Assembly (NCBI GenBank): GCA_001949185.1
Contig: BDGG01000018.1
Coordinates: 186,001 to 250,000, forward strand
Length of the DNA: 64,000 bases
Source: Ramazzottius varieornatus
Lineage: Eukaryota; Animalia; Tardigrada
Direction: 5' to 3'
Part shown: in pieces, positions 13,818-25,576 of the stretch
How the letters are laid out: every line of letters begins with the position of its first letter
Numbering within the stretch: the first letter of the stretch is position 1
Position numbers and translations under genes: made by a program
The notes under the pieces: generated by a model
What the model was told of the DNA's origin: nothing
What the model saw: the letters and a program-made list of their open reading frames with translations, nothing else
Database searches by the model: none

Positions 13818-14348
13818 TTACACAGACAAAAGGCGGTTCTTCTTCGCATCTAAAATATTGTAAATCTCTTCCAAACCTCGACTTTGAGCAAAAGTAAAAA
13901 CACAAGCAGCATTTCCTTTTTGAATCTCAATGCTAATTTTTTGCTTCAAGAACGAAAGAGATCTTGGTTCACCTGTCCTGTCCATGATCTTCTTACCAAT
14001 CTTCTGGATGAGGTCCCTCGCTCCTTTCCCGAAAACACCGAAAGTCTCAAACCCCACCGCGCAGAACAGGTACCGTCCTTCCAGCTCCACGTACTTTGAT
14101 TGTTTCTTTTCCTCAGCTTGGTTGGCAGCAAACCCAACCCTTTCGGTGGATCCCTGGAGATAGGTCTGTGCCAGAGTATCCACCACTGTAACGTCCCAGG
14201 CCAACGCCTTTCCCTGACACCAAGGCACGAGCTTCAGGCCATCCGGTCGCCTCCCGTCATCTCGTAGCAGTCCATTAGGCTCTCTGATGTTATGCACCTG
14301 ACAACTTGTCAGTGCACGATGAATCATTATTAGATATGCGGAGGTCAT
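13818..14348 (-). mobile_element. 5'-truncated non-LTR retrotransposon fragment: C-terminal restriction-like endonuclease, CRE-clade-like
   Basis: REPNGLLRDDGRRPDG..VPW.QGKALAWDVTVVDTLA...AEEKKQSKY...GFETFGVFG...QKISIEIQKGNAA, the RPD...D...KY...ETxG...QRGNA pattern; no reverse transcriptase upstream. Confidence 0.85.
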
Positions 14349-14851
14349 GGCATATTATATTAAGATTACATTAGAACTCCGGCAACTCGGTCTCAGTAAA
14401 TCGAAATCATGTTAAGTCGGAATACCCTAATGCCACCCTCACTAATAATGTCAGGCTGTCAGCTAGTTGCTTTTTTGATCAGGGTTGTAATCATGTTTTA
14501 ATCCTTTCAGCGAACGGCTTACCATTCATCAGTCGCAGCGGAACCGACAAAAGTGATACCGGTACCGTTTGCGATCAAGGCTCTAAGAATGCTTCTCCGT
14601 GTGCAATGTCGGCGCACAGCCAATCAGGGTCAGATTCATTATCAGATACAGCACCAGCTTGATTAATAGATGTTACAGCCTCATGCAAAACATGCCGTCG
14701 AAGCTTGAGCTTTTCCTAGCTTTCAAACCCCATCAAGCCGGATGTCATTCGCTCTTCGCCACATACGGCCACACACGGTCACACACAGTACTAGGGGCGG
14801 GTGGTGTTCATTAACGAGTTTAAACTTTTGTTCTTGTTCTTGTCGAAAACG

Positions 14852-15907
14852 ATGGCGGGATCCATGAATATCTCCGTTGCTTCTAACATGACTAACCAGA
14901 CCTTCTTTGTCCCATCGCCCGTTAACCCGGTTCGGGCCCTGGCCCACTTCACTATCTGTTGGATTGAAGCTGTGGCTTTAGCCCTCAGCGCCGCCATTCC
15001 TCTAACCGCCTTCATTAAGGTTCCCTTGCTGCGCACCGGCTTCAACTACTTTCTGATCAGTTTCCTCCTGACAAACCTGATGTACGCCCTTTACCTTCCT
15101 ATATTCGCCTGGGACGTGTACTTTGACGGCTGGCTGATCTCCACTGGTCTTTGCGCTTTCTACACCTCCTTGGCGCCGCTTGCCGGCATCCTGACTGGGT
15201 GGATCCAGCTTCTCATCACCGGTAACCGTCTGTGGGCCTTGTACTTCCCTCATCACTACCGCAGCCATCACAGTAAACGCTCCTCTCTTATATCATGCTT
15301 GGTCATCTGGATGCTGGCCCTCTTGGTCGTAGTACTCTTTGGGGCTGTTCTGTACAAACTACTGCAGATTTATCCTTATTCAGGACGCTGCTTTGGTAAA
15401 GCGGACATCTTGCTAGAAACGCCCACCAAACTGCTCTTTTTGCTTTTGGATATAGCTCCATTAGTCATTCTGTCAGCTTATCCCTGGTTGTTGAGAAAGT
15501 ATCTGGCGATGCGCAGGCAACACGCCAACCTGGTGGAAAAGAATCGAACTGCTACGTCGAACGTCAATACGAACAGTTCAGCTGCGCAGGCAGTAGTTAA
15601 CTGTCTTGGACCAACCGCAACAGCTGAAACCACTGCATTAGCTGCGAAGCCGCTGGTGGTACAAAAGAGTAGCACCAAATTTTTGGTGCTGACTTGGGTG
15701 GTAGTCTGTATTACCCTCTTCTGGTCGCCTGTGCTTCTGTATGGCGTCATTCAGTCAGTCACTGGCATGAAAGTGGAAAGCGACATCTCAAGTTCGGCTT
15801 TCATCGTCAACTGGATGTTGTTATGTCAGTGCACCGAACCGTGGATCTTCGTCTTAACGGTCCCCTTGCTACGCCAAACAGTCAAGCAGCTCTTTCGCCG
15901 CACTTAG
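14852..15907 (+). CDS. Intronless divergent class A (rhodopsin-like) GPCR
   Basis: Seven hydrophobic segments; N-terminal N-glycosylation sequons (NIS, NMT, NQT); LRTGFNYFLISF (TM2), GLC (TM3), NRLWAL at the DRY position, FWSP (TM6), EPWIF at the NPxxY position. Confidence 0.85.
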   Translation: MAGSMNISVASNMTNQTFFVPSPVNPVRALAHFTICWIEAVALALSAAIPLTAFIKVPLLRTGFNYFLISFLLTNLMYALYLPIFAWDVYFDGWLISTGLCAFYTSLAPLAGILTGWIQLLITGNRLWALYFPHHYRSHHSKRSSLISCLVIWMLALLVVVLFGAVLYKLLQIYPYSGRCFGKADILLETPTKLLFLLLDIAPLVILSAYPWLLRKYLAMRRQHANLVEKNRTATSNVNTNSSAAQAVVNCLGPTATAETTALAAKPLVVQKSSTKFLVLTWVVVCITLFWSPVLLYGVIQSVTGMKVESDISSSAFIVNWMLLCQCTEPWIFVLTVPLLRQTVKQLFRRT

Positions 15908-16260
15908 TCCAAAGATTTACCAATTGCACCAGTTTTGGACTCAGCATAGTTTGCCTACATTTCCTCTACGACATGAAAATATCAGCGACCCCACATACAT
16001 ATCAATCGCTTTCTATTGAAATTATGGCTACATATTCGTTCCTCAGAATCCACGGTGGAAAAAGATGTAAAGAACATCGATGAAGAATACCTACTGGTGA
16101 ACTAAACTTAGTACGATGTTAACGATAGAGAATATACATAGCCATCCATTGTTCGTCGATCAGACAGACACTGATCCCGTTTAACGATGGAACGTTTCTA
16201 GAAAGCGCCGATATGAAGAATTCAGCTGACAACCATTGATCAGGTTGCTGGTGTGAAGTA

Positions 16261-16417
16261 CTGTATTCCCTCAACATCTCCGCGGAGCCTGATACCCATG
16301 GCGCCACCTACGAAACGTACATAACGTACAGCGGATAGGCGCGCATGTGTGGATCACATACGTCCTGTAGGTGGCGTCACGAGTAACGAGATTCGCGAAG
16401 ATATCGGGGAAATACAG
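16261..16417. mobile_element. Palindromic MITE, copy 1, TA target duplication
   Basis: TA|CTGTATT...AATACAG|TA; internal GCCACCTAC/GTAGGTGGC; homologous to 17671-17827. Confidence 0.8.
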
Positions 16418-17670
16418 TAGATGTTTATCCATTTACAAGGTGGCGGTGACGACTTTGAAGGAGGCTTTAAGGAAGCAATCTATCCTTCAACGAAGGCATA
16501 ATCCAGCTTGTCCAAGGAATATTCCTCGAATTCTAGGTCGTCATCGTGAGTCGTGACTTCCAAATTGGAATGCCCGTTCCCACCGGCATTCCAAAAACGG
16601 TCGATTTCATACTGTACATTCGTGCAACAGTACATCCTTTTCGATCACGGTGAGCTCATTTTGAACGGCAACAAAAGTCTTACTCCAAACAGCATTGCTT
16701 TATTTGAACAAATAACTTTTTCTTCGAAAGAAGGCAGCGATGGAAAAACGGCTAAATTAGAAAAAAGAACAAATTACGAGGACACGGTTTTTTCCCTTTT
16801 TGAGATTTAAAAGCTGAAATATCTCTTCAAGTCCTCGCAATGCGACCCATAACACAAAAACCATTACAGGGATAATCCTCATTTCTCTACTACGTCACAC
16901 AAGCAAGCTTCTACGGGCTGAAAAGAACTAGTTGGTAGTTTGCGTTCAGCACATCGCAAATGTGCAAGTGACAACCTGCCTGTGCTGTAAGCGGCATGTT
17001 AGCTTTTTTTTCTACGTTTGCTCGGATCTGCAAAAGTAAATTCAAGCTTGAGCGCACACTCCCTGTGATTCTGCCCTGTCAGTGACGTAGTAAAGAAGGG
17101 AGGATTATCACGATACCTCGTTGTAAATCAAGATACGGACGTTCTTTCTCGAAAGTACTGGTTAAGGACTTTCTTGCTGAAGAAACTTTGGCCTACGTTG
17201 TAATAAGATGAGAAACGTGTTTTCTTTCGAAGAGTCTAGCTACACTTTCCTGTTCCTTTTCCAGACCGCGTTGGATGACATCCGGGCAGCGGCACGTATG
17301 TGCACGAACGGAAACGGCGAAGTTCGCTTCAACGTCAACTTCAAGCAGGATGTCGAGCACCAGTTGATGTGCGGAATGGATCGATGCCAAGAAGGCAGGA
17401 AGCACGACCTTTTCTATACGATGGATGCCTAATTCACCCGTAGTCCAGAAGTCATCTGACAGGCTTTGCTAATCAAACCACTAGCACGTTGTTAATTTCC
17501 CAGCTTGCTCCTCTTCTTTTCTCAGTAGACAACTGGGAGTGCATGACACGTAAAGGCAGCATATGACTGTCCATAGTTTTCGTGGACCATAACTGTGCCT
17601 CGGCCTTGTGATCGCGAATCGAGCGGGAACATTGACATTCGAGAAAATCCCTATTTGTTAATTTCAAGTA

Positions 17671-17827
17671 CTGTATTCACCCGATATCTCCGCGAAGCCT
17701 GATACTTATGGCGCTCCCTACGAAACGTACATGACGTACGGCGGAAGGGCACGTATGTATGGATGACGTACGTCCTGTAGGTGGCGCCACGAGCAACGGG
17801 GTTCGCGAAGATATCGGGGGACTACAT
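17671..17827. mobile_element. Palindromic MITE, copy 2, same orientation as copy 1
   Basis: TA|CTGTATTCACCCGATATCTCCGCGAA...TTCGCGAAGATATCGGGGGACTACAT|TA. Confidence 0.8.
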
Positions 17828-18888
17828 TACGCCTGTGCGCGACAGAACCGTTGTTCGCAGTCAGAGGTGCTCTATTTAACTCCGTTGTTTAATCAGGCCG
17901 AGCCAAGCGAGTTCCTGATAAATCTGTCGTGATTTTAATGGAACATGAGGTTGCTCGCGCAAATGCTTAGCTGCAAATTGAACCACGTAGCCATTTCGAT
18001 AACGCAGAATTTCGAAAACGTTTTGGGACCAGCAGCCAACAGCTGTACCACTTTTCACTGAGGATGGCATCAGTAAAGCGGCTACAGCTCACTACCCCAC
18101 TGCAGACCCGTGATCCCTTTTGGTAGCTGACAAAAACTCGGAAAGATGCACGGACTAACTGTGAGCCAAGAACCACTTTGGTTTCTCTAGAAACGGCGGA
18201 GATGGTGAAGAAAGCAAGTGCGAGGAGACTGCTGGCTATATACCGACCCGACTAATGTGTGAAACTAGGTATCGAATAAACTATGCAGCAGCTGGTGACC
18301 CTGTGGTGCGCCTGTGGTCGTTTCATCCGTTGTGGTCTCTGGTTCATCCATTTTAGGAATTCCCAACTGAGTGCACTTTTCGTTGCATTCGCTCCAGTAA
18401 TGGCCTCGCTTGACTTCTGTAACGGGTCGGATTCTTTTTTCACTAAACGACCCGTCAGGCTGCAAGACAAGCTAGGAGGAAGAGCTCAACCTGAATGAGA
18501 AGGAGAGAACAACTCGTCGGAGCCGGTCAGGTCAGGTATGATACAGTCCAGTATGGCCGGTTACAGAACTGTACGCGGATGTTTCATCGACAGTGTTCTG
18601 GATGATTACAGCTAATGGGGCAGTCGACTTTGGTTTGCCCACTTGACACAGAACCCGTTCGGCGTATTCTGGAGCGGCAGTGAGTACTACCGCTGCCCAC
18701 TATTCAGGTTGGAGAGCCTCCAAGAGACGCAGTGTACACGATGTGCAGTTTGAAGTGCTGGGGCCTGGCTGTCACGTTTCGAAAGTACAGAACGCCGCCA
18801 GAAGTTACGGTCCGCGGTAGATTTCTGCGCCATCCGCTTTTTCTATCGTTTCCGGTTCTTGGCCTTCTGGAGCGTGCCGGAGGTTACC

Positions 18889-20926
18889 TCACTTCCTCTT
18901 TTTCGACTTTTTCTTCTTCTTGGCCTTCTTTTTCTTAGTCTTGGACCCTCCCTTCTTCTTCTTATCTTTACTTTTGCCCTTCTTATCCTTGCTTTTGCCA
19001 CGCTTCTTGTCCTTTCCGTCCTTCCCTTTTCCTTTTTTATCCTTTTCCCCACCCTTCTTATCGCCTTTCTTCTTACCATCCTTGTCACCCTTCTTATCCT
19101 TCTTGCCACTACCACCGCCACCGCCACCTCCTCCACCACTCGGTCCGCCGTCCGACACATTCGTATCTCCACCTTGGGTCGTTGTCGTACCACCTTTCGA
19201 GGTTGTCGCACCTTCGTCGTCGTCTGAGGTCAAGTCCGTAACCAGATTATCCGTTTCATCCTCCTCACCGGTAAACTTTGCCTGCTTCTTCCCAACTGGT
19301 CTTCGCGAAGGAGGTGCTGAGCTTGGAGAAGCCTGGTAGCCCTGCTTGTCGTAGCGATTCATGTTACCGTGGTCACTGGCGTAACCGTTACCATGATGGT
19401 ATCCGCCGCTTTGCTCATGACCACCAGCTCGACTGTAACCGTTACCATTACTATAAGGGCTGATGTTACCGGATCGTGCATATTGCTGTGGGTGCTGTTC
19501 TCTTTCGGTGCTAGCTCTTCTTAACAAAGGTACATCAACGGCGTCCTCGTCGTCGGTATCGAGGCCGCCAGGCGGAGGTTGGATCTTGGTTTCTTTACCG
19601 TTTGTCCGTTGCTTCTTGGCGGGTGCTTTAGCGCCGGGCATTGCAACTGGGACGTCCTCGAGAGGCTGGGGAGTTTCCGTGTTGCACATGCCAATGGGGC
19701 ATTCTTCCATCAGCCAGGTCGGTGCTTGGCCTTCCGGGTCGCCCCAAGGGTACGTGTTGGCGATGGCGGTTGCTAGTAACTTGAGGAAGACAAGCGACGA
19801 AACCTAGGGGAAAACGGGCAAGTCAAGTTCTTTCCTATAAGCCTTTTCCACTACTAACCCAAGACGTCACCGCGGCACTTCATCAGCTGTTCGCTTTCTG
19901 GGTAAGCTGGAATTAATTTGACCTGATGACCAACAGCATATTGCTAGAGATCTTTTGGCTTACCATTAAAATGAAGGTGGCCAGAAGGATATAGCCAACG
20001 ACGCTCAGGGTTGTCGCTCCGAACTCCGTAGCCAATGCTGCCGCACATCCTATCGAGTTTAGAGTCGAGTCCATTGGCCAGCTGTAATGCGCATGGGCTC
20101 CCGTCACATTGCGATGGATACAAGGTCGAGTGGCTCTGACACTGCAACAGCTAAAAGGCACATTGGGACCCTTGTAGGCTCCGTCCCTCATGTGTGCCTT
20201 GACTTCCGCTGACTTCAGGTCCAAGTAGGCGTTGTCGATCCATGTGATGTTGAACCAGTCGCCCGCCCCTTTACTGCCACAGCACTGCAGCTCCAGCTGC
20301 ATCTCATCAATGCTTCTCTTCATCTCCAGGCTGCGCACATAACGGTCCATCGCCATTTTTAATCCGCTCTAAAAATGCACTTGGATAACGGACTGGGAAG
20401 TCGATGCTTACTCTGTGTCCAGAGACAATGTTGTCTTAATTTTAATTTGTACCTGGAAGTACTTTTTCATGGTAAGTTGGTGCGTAAAGACGACGATAAC
20501 GGCAGAGAAGGCGATGACAGATATGACCAGGACGATCAGGCCGAAGAGCCTGGTGAGGGATTCCCAGCGGTATCGTGATGCGTGGAAGCCCAGGTCCAGG
20601 CAGATCTTGACGCCGACGGCGTGAACAAGGGCAATCATGACACCCGTTACCGCCAGGAAGTAGACAAAAGCATCTCCGCTATAATTGTCCAGTAAGTGCA
20701 GTTTGGTCTGGATGCGAGCTCGGATGAAGAGTGACAGCCCGACAATGGTCAGCCCTGTCAAGCGACAAGTCCGCACTATTAGGGTTTCTGCACCCTCGTC
20801 GAGATGCGACGTCTTGGGAAGTGGCAAGTACTCACCTAGCATTACCAAGACGAGATTAAGGATAGCTGCCACCCGTCCCAGCTTGTTCCTTCCAGACTCC
20901 GTGAGGACGAAGACGCAAAAGGCCAT
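18889..20926 (-). CDS. PRPH2: Peripherin-2/ROM1 (RDS) family tetraspanin with ~270-aa disordered tail; exons 20926-20836, 20754-20453, 20368-19964, 19803-18889
   Basis: Four TM segments; large loop QCCGSKGAGDWFNITWIDNAYLD...VPFSCCSVRATRPCIH...HAHYS...GCAAAL matches the RDS signature CCG..DWF.I.WI...YLD...VPFSCC...RPC; DPEGQAPTWLME after TM4. Confidence 0.88.
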
Positions 20927-21400
20927 AAGACAAGCTGTGTGATGTGGAGACTGGCGAGCAGCAAGGTGAGCCCACGTCGACACATGGTCAAGTGCCGCAA
21001 CTGAATAGTAAGTAGCCTGCAGTTTTCAATCTGCCCGGCCTGCGCTACCAGCAGCTCTATTCCCTGCTATAGGCAAAAATCGTCACGTTGCCGTGTGACA
21101 TTCGTCCTGTAAGATTACGTGTAAGATGGCCGTCAATAAGGCCATATCCCCAACCAGGTGCACACCACGTCTGTTTGAGACACTGCCAAATTTCCTCCTG
21201 AAAGTCCATCACTTTGGTAGAGCCCATTGCCAATCGCTCTACCGGTTATTCAAGATCAGCACACTTGATACCCTGGAAAAAACGGACGGCGAAACTACGG
21301 ATCATCACATTTTGCCAGAGCCAGAATGGTACTGCGTACCTCCAAGTCTTATCAAGGAGAAGATGTCCACTCCAGAATGAACTGCTCCATGGCTGGCAAG

Positions 21401-21760
21401 TTAGCAGCAAGCAAGCAAAGTTCGTAGGCATGCAGTCTTCAAGCCCTGCATTTGGTGCTTGCCAGCTGCCACAAGGACATCACGAACCGCTCCTTGCAGA
21501 CTCTGCGTGCTGCACATGTGATCCAGGCGGATGTCCATTGTAGCACTTGAGACGTCCTCCATTTGACAACGTCGACTTTTGGCTTCTACCGTGTCAGACT
21601 GTAACATGGCCTCGAAGACTTCGCAGTTGGCAGCCAAGAAGGCTCGGTGGACGTCTCTTTTCTTGCCCTCGGCAGAGACCAGAACGAAATATTTGCCCAT
21701 TTCTGAATCGAGAATTGTCTCTAGTGTAGTTTCTAGTAACGCTAATGGGTCCGCACCGAC
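21401..21760 (-). pseudogene. BTB/POZ domain (SPOP-like) gene, probably decayed
   Basis: FVLVSAEGKKRDVHRAFLAANCEVFEAMLQSDTVEAKSRRCQMEDVS...VLVAAGKHQMQGLKTAC; stop directly after the BTB domain; no convincing N-terminus. Confidence 0.65.
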
Positions 21761-22359
21761 TTGCTTGGGAGGCCACAATCTGACGCGAACTGGACAACGC
21801 AGCGTATCGCCTTCTAACAACAAAACCAGAGCTGGATTCGGCCCCCAGACTTGCGAAATGCGAATGATGGGACAAGGCATATTCGCGGCAGACACGGTTC
21901 GTTCTATCAAACCTATCAAAGGGAGCGGGGTCGGCGGTACTTTTGGGCTTTGGCACTTCCCAACATGCTTTGCACCTCGTTCTTTGCATTCAGCATACTG
22001 AAACAAGAAGTGTGTTGAGCTCTGCTCGCATCTCGTGCGCATATTTAAAACTATTCAAGACAAAAGGTCGCGCTCACCAGATTTCGAATCGTGCTTGGAT
22101 GTCGCTGTAACGACTGTCGACAAAGTTGTCTATCAGAAATAGTCGGAGTAGCGTCTTTCTGTTGTATGGATACAGTGGATACACCCTAATTATTGAGAAT
22201 TTAATCGTAGAAAATTGTCGAAAAGTGTATTGGTGTGAATTGCACACGTACGTACGAACTTCCGTTCCGCTGTTTTGGAATCGCCTGTTCAAAAGTCGAA
22301 ATTTTCCCTTCGAGTCGAGCGTGTACGAGTACAGTAAGAACAGCATGTCAATGTAGGTA

Positions 22360-22562
22360 CAGTGAAGGCAAATAAGGTACTCTATAAGGGGGAGGGCCAA
22401 AATCGAGTTTTCGACAAGTGACGTAGAAACTCAGGCTCGAAGTAATCAGCAGATCAAGCGGCAGTTCACGTCTCTGGATTGCAGCTTGATCAGCTGTTTG
22501 TTTTTTGCGTCACGTCGATTTTGGCCTTGCCCCCTTTTAGAGTACCCTATTTGCCTACACTG
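22360..22562. mobile_element. Tc1/mariner-type MITE, ~47-bp TIR, TA target duplication
   Basis: TA|CAGTGAAGGCAAATAAGGTACTCTATAAGGGGGAGGGCCAAAATCGA ... TCGATTTTGGCCTTGCCCCCTTTTAGAGTACCCTATTTGCCTACACTG|TA. Confidence 0.85.
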
Positions 22563-22810
22563 TAACAGCGCAATCAAAGCGTCGGGGCAAATTTAACGGG
22601 ACGGATCGTTCGAACCGTTCGCACCGCTCCTTTGGGAAACCCGAAATAAATTTAATTTTCATTCAGCGAAAAAATAATATCCAAGGAAATTCTCGAGCTC
22701 GAATGATACTCGTTGTTTTTGTTGTTTTCGTTGGAAAAATCTATCTGTTGTTTCCGTTCGTGCTCAGGACGAGATTTTCATTGTAAGGTTCGTTTATCAC
22801 CTGCAACAAG

Positions 22811-24194
22811 ATGGAAAAGAACGGAGCCAGTATGAAGATGGAAGATGACGAGTCCGCGAACGCCGCCGTGGACCGCACCGACGCCACCAACGGAGCTCTA
22901 TCAGGCGGCATAAAAGACGAACCAGAATTCCCTGAAGATGACTTTGGTGAAGGAGAGGAGTACGAGGAAGAAGGTGACTACGGCGAAGAAGAAACGTACG
23001 AAGGCGAGGAGGAGGGAGGTGAGTACGGCGCTAACGAGCACGGAGGCGAATTTGAGATATCGGCCGAAAATGGCGACTTTGGTGAGAATATCGAAGATCA
23101 GGGAGAAGACATGTTGGAAGACGTCAAGCTTAAGATCCGTGAGATGGAAGAGGAGGCCGAAAAGCTCCGTCAGCTCCAGTCGGAAAGCGACAAGCCCAAC
23201 TCTCGAGCCAGCGTCGGATCCACAACAGGACTTCGTACGTCAATCGCTTAGTTTACCCTGGCGAGTCGCGCACTGACGTCATTCCTCGTGGTGGATCTGC
23301 CATTTGCGTTCGGATACTAGCCACGTGGCGGTGGCGTCACGGCGCGACTCAAATCTCACTTTGCCATTTCTCCAGTGTGCCGTATTCGTTTGATTCTTGA
23401 TTTACTTTCCCTCACCGTGCATTGGTCGCTTGATTCTTGATTCACCTTCTTTCGGAATATTCTGTTCTCGCCCGATTAACTCTGTGTTTTGTTTCACAGC
23501 TTCCAGTACTGCTCCCAGCGAGTCGGAGAAGGCCGAGGTGGATGCTCGATCAGTCTACGTTGGACAAGTGGACTACAACTGTACGATCGAGGAGTTGGAC
23601 GCACATTTCCGACCCTGTGGACCAATAAACCGCGTTACGATTATGTGCCATCGTCACAACGGCGCTCCGAAAGGGTAATTCTACTCTCCCGTTGGTACCT
23701 ACGCCCTCTAACCGAGTTTCCCTACCCTTTTATAGGTTCGCATATATTGAGTTTACGAATAAAGAATCCGTGGAGGCTGCTGTGGCCATGAACGATTCGA
23801 TCCTGAGAGATCGGCAGTTGAAGGTGAGAATTCAAATTCTGAATTTATGTATGTAGGTTGGTGCCATTCCGGTGCACCAGGGCGGAACTGTCTGTGCGCG
23901 TGTGGATTGGCAAGCACCGCACTAACTCACGATTGCGCATTGAACGATCAGAGTTTCTATTTTGATTTTTCTCCATTGCAGGTTGTGGCAAAACGGACAA
24001 ATATTCCAGGAATGGGCTCGGTTACTCGTCGACCCGCGCGATTTTACCGCGGGGCTGGCTTCCAGCGTGGACGCAGACCTTACTATCGTCCCTACAACCC
24101 AGCTTACCGCGGAAGAAGCTCGTATCGAGGAGGATACCGTGGAGGCGGTGGTTACCGTCGTCCACGCGCTTCACGTGGATATCCTGTTTACTAG
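22811..24194 (+). CDS. PABPN1: Nuclear poly(A)-binding protein; exons 22811-23234, 23500-23674, 23736-23823, 23982-24194
   Basis: Acidic N-terminus; coiled coil [16 protein letters not shown]; [20 protein letters not shown]...PKGFAYIEF...KRTNIPG; Arg/Gly-rich tail. Confidence 0.95.
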
Positions 24195-24732
24195 CCGCAT
24201 CTTCTTTTTTATTTGTTACACCAAAATGTCGTGAGTTTTCTTTGATATTCGCAGCAGCATATTCTCGTGTAGCGACAGTGCACTGACTAAAAATTTGCGC
24301 TGAATTTTCCAACCCTAACTTTTCAGTCCGTTTCGTTTTTCCCATCCGTTAATCATTTCCGTGATACTACTGCAAAAAATGAGTCTAAATTGACTCGGCA
24401 TCGCGAAAGAATATTTCGCCACAAAAAATCGAGCCAGAGAATTCGAATAGAATGAAACGCGAATGAAAGTCAAAAGAAAACATCAACTTTGTTTAGTGAG
24501 ATATTCGAAAAAGGATGGCAAAAAACTAAAAAAGCAGATTTTCTGGCTGTGGCGAAATGATGCGTTTCTAAATGAAATAAAATATCCTCTCATTACCCTG
24601 TGTTGTTGCGGTCGTAAATATTGGAATGTGAAGGAGAACGCATGCTAATCTCAGAGCCTCGGTTTTGGATGGAGAAGTGAAGCGGTCGATCGGATCAAAA
24701 CAAAATAGACCATCAACCTACCGTACGGCGTA

Positions 24733-24917
24733 CACGCACGACGGGAAATTATGGGACCAGGCGCGGAAAAGACGGCAAAACTGAAATTCAAACGTAGAAA
24801 AGTGTCCAAAAGTGCATCGCTGTGAATGAGTCCCGTACATACGAGCTTCCGTAGCGCCGTAGCGAAACGGCCTGGTCCCATAATTTTTACTGGCCCCATA
24901 ATTTCCCGTCGTGCGTG
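24733..24917. mobile_element. MITE, shorter member of the CACGCACGACG family, TA target duplication
   Basis: TA|CACGCACGACGGGAAATTATGGG ... CCCATAATTTCCCGTCGTGCGTG|TA. Confidence 0.88.
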
Positions 24918-25265
24918 TACTGTTATATACGGATCAGCCATCTCACTGTCCATTTATGTTCCGAATCTTCGATGATATTTTCAATTCATCTTGGAACAAT
25001 TTGTAACCCGTAAACAAAACATGATTACTGGATAGAACATAATATGTGGGTAAAAAGAGCCGACTCGAATAAAACTCTGAAACATTGTTTCGGGCTTTTT
25101 CTCACTGCCAGATGGAAGTGGCGAGCTTGCCTTGATTCTTGATTGTTGACATCTGCAACAAACACAAACTGAGTCATTCAGAGTTTTACAAACGAGCCCC
25201 TTTCTACTCCTTTCTACCCATTTCGTGCAACCGGGATAGGAGGAAAGAGAATTACCTTTAGGCTT

Positions 25266-25576
25266 TCATCTGAGCCTCCTAGCTTCGCGTTCGGATTCCA
25301 TCAGAGTAAGGATATCGCCTTCTCGGACGGGGCCTTTCACGTTGCGGATGATGGATCGCTTGCTGTCGTCCAAGAATTCCACTCTGACCTGTGTAGCTTG
25401 TCCTTGGGATCCAGTACGTCCCAGTACCTTCGACACCTGGAAATCACAAGAACGATACGTCGCTCGTGATCTTTCCAATGTAATGCAGCCCGAACTAGTC
25501 GATCGGTCCATTCAACAGAACATCGGCACTCTGTTCAAGCAAACCTTACCTTGGCTTGGATGGGCTTGGAATCCAT
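25266..25576 (-). CDS. RPS28: 40S ribosomal protein S28 (eS28); exons 25576-25550, 25436-25266
   Basis: [65 protein letters not shown]. Confidence 0.97.

Noticed and set aside
17876-18660. Minus-strand exon-like pieces (WSECNEKC...ETTTDETTT; SLLALAFFTISAV)
   Set aside because: Could be a decayed membrane-protein gene, but I could not build an in-frame model or assign a family.
18843-19339. Hydrophobic or Arg-rich ORFs overlapping the Lys-rich tail
   Set aside because: Antisense and shifted-frame shadows of the AAG-rich tetraspanin exon.
18889-19710. Stand-alone Dsup-like or histone-H1-like protein
   Set aside because: It splices in frame to the tetraspanin via the acceptor at 19804-05, and I see no Dsup/HMGN-like RRSSRL motif.
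4513-20926. rough and peripherin-2 as an eye-gene cluster
   Set aside because: They are 13 kb apart with unrelated genes between and no shared elements seen; likely coincidence.
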